The notes under the pieces: model-generated | What the model saw: only the letters and a program-made list of their open reading frames with translations | What the model was told of the DNA's origin: nothing | Database searches by the model: none | Position numbers and translations under genes: made by a program | Part shown: positions 7,559 to 15,589 of the stretch, piece after piece | Position numbering within the stretch: position 1 is the stretch's first letter | Layout of the letters: each line of letters opens with the position of its first letter | Assembly: GCA_963666315.2 (NCBI GenBank) | Contig: CAXXHG010000023.1 | Coordinates: 1-25,784 of the forward strand | Source: Candidatus Binatia bacterium | Lineage (GTDB): Bacteria > Desulfobacterota > Binatia > Bin18 | Reading direction: 5' to 3' | DNA: 25,784 bases

Positions 7559-8311
7559 TGCCGGTGTTTGGTAAACAAGACGTCGAAGCCGCTGCCGCCC
7601 GGGCCCCCCTCATGACCGGCTTCGACACGGATGCCTGGGAGCTCAAAGGCGCGCAGATCCTTCAGCTGAGCTACGAGATCGCTGAGGAACCGGCGGAGTG
7701 GTTGATTCCTCCGGCCCTGCACCCGAGCATTCCACCCTACGCTACCTTGTCCGTCATGCAGTATCCGAACAGCCCGGTCGGGCCGTTCGCATTGGCCCAG
7801 GTCCGTATCATTGTCCGCGCAGGCATTCGGCCACGCGGCTACCTCTTGGGCGCATACGTAGATTCGGACACCGTCGCTCAAGAGCTACGAGCGCGCTGGG
7901 GCTTTTAGTGTCGAAACTGCCATAGTTTCACTTCAGCCACGCCATGACCGAGTGATCGGCATGGTCGAGCGCAACAGCGAAGTGATCTTAGAAGTCGAGC
8001 TGGAGAACCCCGAGCACGTTTCAGGCGCAGATGTCACCTATATCGACAGCCTGCACTTAGCCCGCGTCCAAGAACAGGACACGCCGGTCATCGTTCAGGT
8101 CGATCCGGAGTATGTATTCCACAATGCTCAGCGAGGCAGGCCGCGCATCATCACGTTTGAACCCAGTGCATGGGGCGGGGACGGACGACTCCGTTACACC
8201 TCACCTATCATTGCCACAATGACACAGTGCGATACCGACCTACCCCGGTTGCGCTTCGCCCTTGACCCATCCCAGCCTGCAGCCACCGGCGGCCGGAGAC
8301 TTGCCGCATAG
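7558..8311 (+). CDS. acetoacetate-decarboxylase (ADC)-like fold protein, split by a +1 frameshift at 7903-7906 (error or pseudogene)
   Basis: LIPPALHP, YPNSPVGPF, RWGF motifs. Removing one T from TTTT gives ...WGFSVETAIVSLQPRHDRVIGMVE..., joining ORFs 7558..7908 and 7952..8311 into ~250 aa. TAATG overlap with the LLM gene. Confidence 0.8.
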
Positions 8312-8315
8312 AAAA

Positions 8316-8404
8316 CCGGCCCCTCCCCCTGGCTTCCCGTTTTCACGGGAATGACGGTCTTCGTTATGTCATACCTGCGCAAGCAGGTATCCAGGCTTAC
8401 GGGA
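8316..8404. repeat. composite palindromic dispersed repeat (MITE/BIME-like), copy 1
   Basis: Two inverted units, TTCCCGTTTTCACGGGAATGAC and GTCATACCTGCGCAAGCAGGTATCCAG; alignable to 24694-24780. Confidence 0.85.
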
Positions 8405-8436
8405 CAAGACCGAGTTTCGCCAGGCGTTTAGGCGTT

Positions 8437-8805
8437 CTAAGCAATGATAAGCGGTTGAATATTGAATTCAGTTCGAATCTTACAAGTGGCACATTCGAAT
8501 ATTTTTCAAACGATGACCAAGGCCAGCGTTTTTTCATTGCGAAACACCTTCTTAATACACACGGCATAATGATTAATGACTGAAAAGATGCGGCAATAAT
8601 AAGTTTCCAGCTCCAATTTTTTAACAATCTCATTAATCGCTTTTCTAGAATACGCAGCGATGTGTTTCCAGAAGCCCAATGTTGTTCCGAACGCTGTCCA
8701 CATTTTCACCAAGCCTTCATTTAACGGCGACGTATCACACGCAAATACAACATGGGCGACATTATGACGTCCATAAAATACTTTTGAACCCCTGCCTATA
8801 GCAAT
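8437..8805 (-). pseudogene. Coq4-like (HDxxH-x11-E) protein remnant with two frameshifts
   Basis: Stitched translation: FYGRHNVAHVVFACDTSPLNEGLVKMW...//...MKKRWPWSSFEKYSNVPL//IRTEFNIQPLIIA*. AT-rich relative to flanks; the 5' end is missing. Confidence 0.6.
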
Positions 8806-8842
8806 TTACTTTCACCGTATGGGGGGAAGTATGGCGAGGCCT

Positions 8843-8941
8843 CGTTCGTCCTGAGCGTCGCCGCGTAAGCGTCAAAGTCGAAGGGCTCTTCCCGTATGAC
8901 AGTAGTCTTCGACTTCGCTAACGCTACGTTCAGACGGAACG
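8843..8941. repeat. long imperfect palindromic intergenic repeat
   Basis: CGTTCGTCCTGAGCGT...AAGTCGAAG / CTTCGACTT...ACGTTCAGACGGAACG arms. Confidence 0.75.
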
Positions 8942-9007
8942 GGGGCGGTCGCTAACCGGAGGAAGGAGCAGAATTTCTCATCGCTTCCGTACGTGTGATC
9001 GAAAAGC

Positions 9008-9078
9008 GTTATAACGCCTCAGGGCCAGCCGTCGGGACCGCGTAGCAGGTCAGGAGCCGGAAGGCATGCTGTTGTGGG
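9008..9078 (-). other. degenerate attC-like imperfect palindrome
   Basis: Minus strand: CCACAAC...GCCTTCCG...GACC-TGCTACGC-GGTC...CGGCTGGC-CCTGAGGC-GTTATAA. AAC/GTT ends with nested pairing, downstream of an AT-rich GNAT. Confidence 0.35.
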
Positions 9079-9132
9079 GCATTATCGCTTTGGTTAGTAG
9101 GCAGCGGTTCGCTTTTGTTCCTTACTTCACCG

Positions 9133-9600
9133 TTACGCCTGTTTTTGCATCAAAGTCGCGCTCAGGGGAAAGAACCCATATTTTTTGTAAGATGAGTATA
9201 CCTTCTCATTTCCCCACAGCACGACCAAGACTTTTGCTTTCACCTGCTCCTCATCCATCCACGCCAGGACATTTCTCATCAATTGATCTGCTATCCCTTC
9301 TCCTCGGCATTCTTCTGCCACGAAGCTCGAGTCAATTTCTGCGGTCCTGTCTTGGGTGATAGTTGAGACACAATAGGCAATCAATTGCTGCGTCGCCTTC
9401 GTCTTCTCCAATTCAACACGCAACCTTCCTTGTTTTGCTTTCTCAATGAACCCCTGCTCTCTTGTAGTGAAGGGATATGTCGCTGATCGTTCGGAAAAAT
9501 GTTGCGACACGTTGCTATGTAAGACGTTGACTCTTTTTCACAGACGTTCGATCTCATCGAGTAATTCAGCTCCACCGCAAAGGTATTCACAATTCTTCAT
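9133..9600 (-). pseudogene. GNAT family acetyltransferase with a premature TGA at codon 21
   Basis: AAGGA RBS and ATG at 9600: MKNCEYLCGGAELLDEIERL*KRVNVLH... is in frame with ORF 9133..9510 (EIDSSFVAEECRGEGIADQLM; GNE...YKKYGF). TGA at 9540-9538 probably replaces Trp. Confidence 0.85.
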
Positions 9601-9624
9601 TTGTTTCCTTAATCCGTATTGAGA

Positions 9625-10362
9625 TTATTCGAGGAATTCGGGAGCCTCACGCCTCAGCATCCGCTTGATTGCCTCTAGATTGAGGGTGGCTTGTCGACGT
9701 TCTGCCTCAATTTGCTCGTGCGTTCGACGGCACACATCGTCGGGGATTCGTTTGAGCGGCGAACCTGTCGATTGGGCCAAAACCTGAATCATGCACGCCC
9801 GCTCCAGGTAATATAAGTCATCGAACGCGGTTGCGACGTCTCGCCCAGTAACAATCACGCCATGATTGGCGAGAAACAATACCTTCCCTTTGGCCAGCTT
9901 CTCTCTGATCCGCTGTCCTTCCGCCTCGTCCAGCGCGAGGCCGTTGTACTCCTCTTCGTACGCAACACTATTGTAGAACCGGAGCGAATTCTGGCTGACC
10001 CATTCGAGATGACCGCCATCGATGGCGCAGAGGGCGGTCGCATACGGCATGTGGGTGTGCAACACACACTGGGCAGATGGGCTGCCGAGGTGAATCTGGG
10101 AATGGATAAAGAACGCCGTCGGCTCGACCTGCCATCTCCCTTCGACCACATGGCCATCTGGGTCGACGATGAGCAAGTCGCTCGCTTGTAGCTCCGACCA
10201 ATGGATGCCTTGGGGATTGAGCAGAAATCGATCCGTCGTGCCTGGGACGACGAGGCTGAAGTGATTACAGATGCCCTCACTCAGTCCGAGCCTGTCTGCC
10301 CAGCGTAGTACGGCAGTGAGATCAATTCGAGCCTGCTGAAGGGCTTCGTCGGTCTTCTTCAT
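9625..10362 (-). CDS. class II aldolase/adducin family protein
   Basis: EGICNHFS, FLLNPQG, AFFIHSQIH, metal-binding LHTHMPY and LANHGV, YYLERAC. Confidence 0.95.
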   Translation of the reverse strand: MKKTDEALQQARIDLTAVLRWADRLGLSEGICNHFSLVVPGTTDRFLLNPQGIHWSELQASDLLIVDPDGHVVEGRWQVEPTAFFIHSQIHLGSPSAQCVLHTHMPYATALCAIDGGHLEWVSQNSLRFYNSVAYEEEYNGLALDEAEGQRIREKLAKGKVLFLANHGVIVTGRDVATAFDDLYYLERACMIQVLAQSTGSPLKRIPDDVCRRTHEQIEAERRQATLNLEAIKRMLRREAPEFLE

Positions 10363-10501
10363 GTTGTTCCTCGCTAGGCCGCCCTGGCAACGCCCCTTCT
10401 ACTAGAACTCCGCACCAAAAGGGTAAGAAAGTTGTAACATCCTCCACGTCCCCATTTTGCACGGAACCGCAAAAAGGCAACAATCTGGTGCACCGCGCTG
10501 A

Positions 10502-11320
10502 TTAGCCGGTGTTCTCTCCCCGTGCAATTTTCTCTTCGAGCCACTGCCAGACTGCCTCATTGACCAGTTGCGGCTTTTGCATATGGAGAAAGTGCCCCGT
10601 ATCTTTGATCATCACGAACCCCGCATCGGGGATCTGTTCAGCCAGCACCTTGCCAGAGGTCTCAAATGGCACGGGTTTGTCTGCGTCGCCATGAACAACG
10701 AGAGTTGGTGCCCGCACTGCGGATAAACGCTCAGTAAAATTGAGGCGGAAGAACCCGCGACGAATGGCTTTGCTGGCGTAGATCGGCGGCTTGCAGGCTT
10801 CTGTCTGTAACATCGCCTCGATGTCCACACCGTAGGGATTATATTTGGCGAACTTCTCATTGGTCACAAAGGTCTGAAAGACTTGCTGCCTGCCCTGAAT
10901 GGTCTCGTAGAATTGCAACACTTGCCCTTCGGTAATCGCCAGTTGGGTTCCTGCCGAATACGACCCGAAAAAAGCCAGCCCGGCTACCTCATCTGGATAG
11001 TCAAAATAGTATTGAGATGAGATCGGTCCGCCAAAGGAATGTCCAAGGTGTACGGCCTTTTTGACGCCCAGTGCTCGCAGGATGGTATGGAGGTCAGAGG
11101 AATGGATGGTGGTGTCATACACCTCGGATTGAGGTTTGCCCGAAAGGCCGCAACCGCGCAAATCATGCAGGATACAGTGATACCTTTCACGCAGGATGCG
11201 GGTTCGCAACAAGAATTGTTGCCCGAAGCCCATGTTGCCGTGGGTGAAGACAAGTGGGAAGCCTTCGCCTTCGATTTCATAGTGGAGTTCCACCCCATCT
11301 GATGCCGTGACAAAGGGCAT
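10502..11320 (-). CDS. alpha/beta hydrolase
   Basis: HG oxyanion motif, DLRGCGLS, nucleophile GHSFGG, HGDADKPV (Asp), TGH (His). Confidence 0.95.
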   Translation of the reverse strand: MPFVTASDGVELHYEIEGEGFPLVFTHGNMGFGQQFLLRTRILRERYHCILHDLRGCGLSGKPQSEVYDTTIHSSDLHTILRALGVKKAVHLGHSFGGPISSQYYFDYPDEVAGLAFFGSYSAGTQLAITEGQVLQFYETIQGRQQVFQTFVTNEKFAKYNPYGVDIEAMLQTEACKPPIYASKAIRRGFFRLNFTERLSAVRAPTLVVHGDADKPVPFETSGKVLAEQIPDAGFVMIKDTGHFLHMQKPQLVNEAVWQWLEEKIARGENTG

Positions 11321-11362
11321 ATGGTCCTCTCCTGTTTAGGTTTATGAATGGATTGATCTACA

Positions 11363-11405
11363 GGAGAGGGTCTAACCCTCTCCCAGCGGGCCCTGCGGGA
11401 GAGGG
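11363..11405. repeat. overlapping inverted repeats GGAGAGGG / CCCTCTCCC / GGGAGAGGG
   Basis: 11363-11371 pairs with 11375-11383; 11376-11384 pairs with 11397-11405. Confidence 0.7.
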
Positions 11406-11423
11406 AATCAGTGACGGTCAAGC

Positions 11424-11846
11424 TTACGGATCAACCCGTGCAGAGGCGTAGCCGCTAATTACCACGACCCCATCTTGATTGACAGTCGAGACATCCAGGT
11501 CAACGATGTGGCCGCCCTCTTCTTCTCGAATTTCCTTCACCGTAGCCTTGGCAGTAAGGTTATCACCTGGCCAGACCTGGCGGGTGAAGCGCACGCCGTA
11601 TGTTGTGAGACGCCCGTCACCAACATAGTTGGTCAGCATCTTTCCCGTCATACCCATCGATAACATGCCGTGGGCAAAGACGGACGGATATCCAGCCACC
11701 TTGGTGGCAAAGATCTCATCCGTGTGGACCGGGTTGTAATCGCCAGACGCGCCAGAGTATTGCACCAGCTGGGTGCGCTTGAGATCTTCGACTACTTGTT
11801 CCTCGTGTGTATCTCCAACTTGCAATTTGCTTGCTGATAATGCCAT
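11424..11846 (-). CDS. MaoC/PhaJ-type hot-dog dehydratase, catalytic subunit
   Basis: Hydratase motif YSGASGDYNPVHTD, FAHGML, VRF...VWPGD. Confidence 0.93.
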   Translation of the reverse strand: MALSASKLQVGDTHEEQVVEDLKRTQLVQYSGASGDYNPVHTDEIFATKVAGYPSVFAHGMLSMGMTGKMLTNYVGDGRLTTYGVRFTRQVWPGDNLTAKATVKEIREEEGGHIVDLDVSTVNQDGVVVISGYASARVDP

Positions 11847-11856
11847 AGCCTTCCTC

Positions 11857-12348
11857 CTACTGATCTACCGGACGCTCTGTTTGGACCCCAACGCTCCGGG
11901 CGGTGACAACCAGCTCGCCGTTCTGATCACGGTACTCGGTGACGGTCTCAGAAAAGAGCAGCTTGCCTGAGCGTTTGCCCTGTTTCTCCCATTTCTTACC
12001 TGGATTCTCAGTGGCAGTGAGGACATCACCAGGCTTGGGATGACGGTGGTATTCGTAATGCTGTTCGGCATGCAGCCCCCCGCCTCCACCCCCACCGCTG
12101 CCAGCCTCTTTTTTCACACCCGTGGGTTCTTTTCCCGAGCCGAACCACGGCTTGCCGGGTTTGGGTCGCAGAAAATAGTCAGGATCGAATTGGGCACTCG
12201 CCTGGACAAACGTCGGCGGGGCAATAATGGACTCCGGCTCAGTCGTCTTGGCGTACTCTTCATCAGAATAGATCTCGTTAAAGTCGCCGACTGAACGAGC
12301 AAACATCAGAATATGGCTCGCTTCGACGGGGAATTTTTCGACTGCCAT
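11857..12348 (-). CDS. MaoC-like N-terminal-type hot-dog protein (HadA/C-like partner)
   Basis: VEASHILMFARSVGD.N.IY, IIAPPTF, LHAEQHYEYHR..KPGDVL, YRDQNGELVV; lacks the D-x4-H catalytic dyad. Confidence 0.9.
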   Translation of the reverse strand: MAVEKFPVEASHILMFARSVGDFNEIYSDEEYAKTTEPESIIAPPTFVQASAQFDPDYFLRPKPGKPWFGSGKEPTGVKKEAGSGGGGGGGLHAEQHYEYHRHPKPGDVLTATENPGKKWEKQGKRSGKLLFSETVTEYRDQNGELVVTARSVGVQTERPVDQ

Positions 12349-12413
12349 TAGTGTGTCTCCTTTTGTGATTATTGGTGCATGGGCACCCGTTCACTCTACG
12401 ATGCAACGGAGCG

Positions 12414-13154
12414 CTAGTTCCTCAAATGTTGACCGTAGAAAAGCAGCACGCGGTGCCACATATCTTGCGCCGCGACCGGATTATAGCTGTCCCGGTAATC
12501 GGCAAAAAAGGCGTGCCCGGCATTGGGATACATACGCATCTCATACGTCTTGCCATGCTTGTCGAGTTCTTCTTTGAGACGGTCGGCGTGCTCGGGTGAT
12601 GGGTTGGGATCTTCTTCACCAAATAAGCCAAACAAAGGGCAGGACAAGTCTTTGACCAGATCAATTGGGGAGGTCGGTCGAGTCGGCGGGAAATCGTCTT
12701 GAATAATAAAGCCACCCGCAGAATCCACCGCTGCATCTATATTTTTACTCGTACAGCCAAACATCAGCGTGTAGCGTCCGCCGGAACAAAAGCCGATTGC
12801 GCCGACTTTTCCATTCGAGTCTGACTGGCCCTTGATATACTGCGCCGCTGCGTCCAGGTCTGCCATGGCTTGGGAGTCTGGCACAGAGAACATGATCTTG
12901 ATCACATCGTTGATATCGGTGGGGTCCGGATTCCCTTCACGCGTATACATATCCGGCGCCACTGCAATATACCCTTCCCTGGCAAAGCGATCGGCTACGT
13001 CTTTAATATGGTCGTTTAAGCCAAAGGCTTCCATAATGACGATCACACCCGGGTGCGGGCCATCAGTCGTTGGCCGGCTCAGATAGGCGTTGACTGGCGT
13101 GTCGCCCTGGCCCGGATACTGCATCATACTAGATTGAACTTCTGGTGGTCTCAT
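12414..13154 (-). CDS. dienelactone hydrolase family protein
   Basis: EAFGLNDHIKDVADRFAREGY, nucleophile GFCSGG, FGEED, YPNAGHAF. Confidence 0.95.
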   Translation of the reverse strand: MRPPEVQSSMMQYPGQGDTPVNAYLSRPTTDGPHPGVIVIMEAFGLNDHIKDVADRFAREGYIAVAPDMYTREGNPDPTDINDVIKIMFSVPDSQAMADLDAAAQYIKGQSDSNGKVGAIGFCSGGRYTLMFGCTSKNIDAAVDSAGGFIIQDDFPPTRPTSPIDLVKDLSCPLFGLFGEEDPNPSPEHADRLKEELDKHGKTYEMRMYPNAGHAFFADYRDSYNPVAAQDMWHRVLLFYGQHLRN

Positions 13155-13328
13155 AACTTCAGCCCTCCTCTAAATGGATTATGTTACCGGGAGCATATGT
13201 CGTGGCCCTGTGAGTTTCAAGCCTTGCCCACAACGAGCACGGCCAAATGGAAGGGTAAAGCTTGTTACCGTCCAGGGAAGATGGTAGGACGCGAACAATA
13301 ACACTCAGATTCATAAGGAGGGATGAAA

Positions 13329-14456
13329 ATGAGTCGTACCTATAACATTATTGATTCAGACGGCCATGTGTTAGAGCCGCCCGCCTTTTGGGCCGAATAT
13401 ATTGATCCGCAATTCCGTGATCGCGTGCCCGAGCTTTTTGTCGATACTGACGGCAAAGAGCGCTTCCGTGTCGAAGGAAAGGTCATCGGCGGACAAAAAG
13501 GCCTGGGCTTTGCCGGCGCCATTGGCGCCCGAGACGGCAAAGTCTCAACTGATATTAAGTATATCGAGGGTCGCAAAGGCGGCTTTGATCCGCACGCCCG
13601 TATACCAGACATGGATCTGGACGGTATTGATGCAGTGTTTCTGTATCCCACTTTGGGCCTCTTCTCTGGTGCAATAGAGGACGTACCACTCGCCGCGGCC
13701 ATTTGCCGTGCCTATAACCGTTGGCTGGCTGATTACTGTCAACCCTACCCTGATCGGCTTTTTGGCGTGGCCATGCTGCCCATGCAGTCTATCGCGCTTG
13801 CTATCGCGGAAATGCACTATGCCCGGAATGAACTTGGCATGCGAAGCGGCTTTCTACGGCCTAATCCCTATAACGACCGCATGCTGGGCCATAAGGATTA
13901 CGACGTATTCTGGGCCGAAGCACAAGAACTCGACTTTGCCATTGGTATTCATGAAGGCACTGGCGGCATGCCGGCGGCGGGAGCGGACCGATTTGAGGAG
14001 CTCGCGCCCCGACATATTGTTTCGCATACTGTGGAAATGATGCTGGCGAGTTTGAGTATCATTTGGGACGGCGTGTGTGAGCGTTTTCCAAAATTACGAA
14101 TTGCCTTTCTCGAATCAGGTGGAGGCTGGATTGCCTCTTGGCTGGATCGGATGGATCGCCACTGTGATGATCACGGCGTATTTACCGACTCGCCCTTGTC
14201 GATGTTACCCAGTGAGTATTTTAAACGCCAATGCTGGATCTCGTACGAGCCGGTAGAAGGCAGTTTAGAATATCTAGTGGACTATGTCGGCGCTGAAAAG
14301 ATCTTGTGGGCAACCGACTATCCACACCCAGACGGATTTTTTCCCGGCGCGCCCCAAATGATTGCGGAAAAATTATCGGACGAGAATAAGCACAAGGTCC
14401 TGGCGGAAAGCGCCAAGCAGTTTTATGGCCTCAGTGCATACGGAGGACGGCTATGA
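13329..14456 (+). CDS. amidohydrolase-2 family protein, paralog 1
   Basis: IIDSDGHVLEP, DMDLDGID..FLYPT, AYNRWL.DYC, GIHEG, FLESGGGW, WATDYPHPDG. Start at 13329 chosen from RBS spacing and paralog alignment. Confidence 0.95.
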   Translation: MSRTYNIIDSDGHVLEPPAFWAEYIDPQFRDRVPELFVDTDGKERFRVEGKVIGGQKGLGFAGAIGARDGKVSTDIKYIEGRKGGFDPHARIPDMDLDGIDAVFLYPTLGLFSGAIEDVPLAAAICRAYNRWLADYCQPYPDRLFGVAMLPMQSIALAIAEMHYARNELGMRSGFLRPNPYNDRMLGHKDYDVFWAEAQELDFAIGIHEGTGGMPAAGADRFEELAPRHIVSHTVEMMLASLSIIWDGVCERFPKLRIAFLESGGGWIASWLDRMDRHCDDHGVFTDSPLSMLPSEYFKRQCWISYEPVEGSLEYLVDYVGAEKILWATDYPHPDGFFPGAPQMIAEKLSDENKHKVLAESAKQFYGLSAYGGRL

Positions 14457-15562
14457 GTCGCACCTATAACGTTATTGATGCAGACGGCCACATATTAGAG
14501 CCGCCCGATTTTTGGCGCGAGTATATGGATCCCGCATATCGTGATCGCGCGCCGGAACTCTTTGTCGACACTGACGGCAGAGAACGGCTGCGCATAGAGG
14601 ACAAGATCCTGGGCGGCCCGACCGGGCTGGGTTTCATCGGTGCCATTGGCTCGCGCCAAGGCGAGACCTCGATCCGCATCAAATACACTGAGGGGCGCAA
14701 GGGCGGCTTTGATCCACACGCGCGGATCCCGGATATGGATCTGGATGGTATCGATGCCGCGTTTCTGTACCCGAGTCTGGGCCTGTTTGCGGGTGCCATA
14801 CAAGATCCACCGCTCGCGGCAGCCGCCTGCCGAGCCTATAACCGCTGGTTAACCGACTATTGCAAACCCTACCCGGACCGGCTTTTCGGGGTGGCCATGC
14901 TGCCCATGCAGTCTATCGAGCTGGCTATTGAAGAGATGCGCTATGCGCGCAATGAACTCGGCATGCGGAGCGGTTTTCTACGTCCCAATCCCTATAATGA
15001 TCGCATGCTCGGTCATCCGGACTACGACCCCTTCTGGGCTGAAGCCCAAGACCTCGACTTTCCTATTGGCCTGCATGAAGGAACCGGCGGCATGCCCGCA
15101 GTTGGCGTTGAGCGTTTTAAGAGCCATAGCGCCAAGCACATCATCTCGCACACCATGGAAATGATGCTAGCCTGCCTCACTATCATCTGGGATGGCATGT
15201 GCGAGCGTTTCCCTAATGTGCGCATTGGATTTCTGGAGTCGGGCGGTGGCTGGATCGCCCCGTGGATCGACCGTATGGATCGCCACTTCGATGATAAGGG
15301 ACTGTTTAACGACTCTCCACTGACGATGCGGCCCAGCGAGTATTTTCAGCGTCAGTGCTGGATATCGTACGAGCCGGTTGAGGGCAGTCTGGCCTATCTG
15401 GTGGACTACGTCGGTCCGACCAAGATTCTGTGGGCAACCGACTATCCCCACCCGGACGGCTTCTTCCCTGGCGCTCCAGCTATGATTGCCGAGAAACTAT
15501 CCGAGGAAAATAAGCGCAAGGTTTTGGCCGAAGGAGCGATGCAGTTTTACGGCTTGAGCTAG
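14453..15562 (+). CDS. amidohydrolase-2 family protein, paralog 2
   Basis: Same motifs as paralog 1; ATGA overlap and embedded GGAGG RBS. Confidence 0.95.
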   Translation: MSRTYNVIDADGHILEPPDFWREYMDPAYRDRAPELFVDTDGRERLRIEDKILGGPTGLGFIGAIGSRQGETSIRIKYTEGRKGGFDPHARIPDMDLDGIDAAFLYPSLGLFAGAIQDPPLAAAACRAYNRWLTDYCKPYPDRLFGVAMLPMQSIELAIEEMRYARNELGMRSGFLRPNPYNDRMLGHPDYDPFWAEAQDLDFPIGLHEGTGGMPAVGVERFKSHSAKHIISHTMEMMLACLTIIWDGMCERFPNVRIGFLESGGGWIAPWIDRMDRHFDDKGLFNDSPLTMRPSEYFQRQCWISYEPVEGSLAYLVDYVGPTKILWATDYPHPDGFFPGAPAMIAEKLSEENKRKVLAEGAMQFYGLS

Positions 15563-15589
15563 TTCGATTCGCTTTCTTCCGTTCGCCTC

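Noticed and set aside
7903-7908. Programmed ribosomal frameshift in the ADC-like gene
   Set aside because: The TTT-TAG context is superficially shifty, but no upstream SD-like stimulator is evident and the same +1 homopolymer pattern recurs in the pha genes; error or mutation is simpler.
9538-9540. TGA recoding (Trp or selenocysteine) in the GNAT and resolvase remnants
   Set aside because: Intact genes here use TGG for Trp and TGA as a true stop (e.g. 4490, 14456, 15590). Both cases lie in decayed regions and are single transitions from TGG or CGA.
13329-15562. Assembly artefact duplicating one amidohydrolase
   Set aside because: The copies differ throughout at synonymous and non-synonymous sites and are joined by a proper RBS and ATGA overlap.
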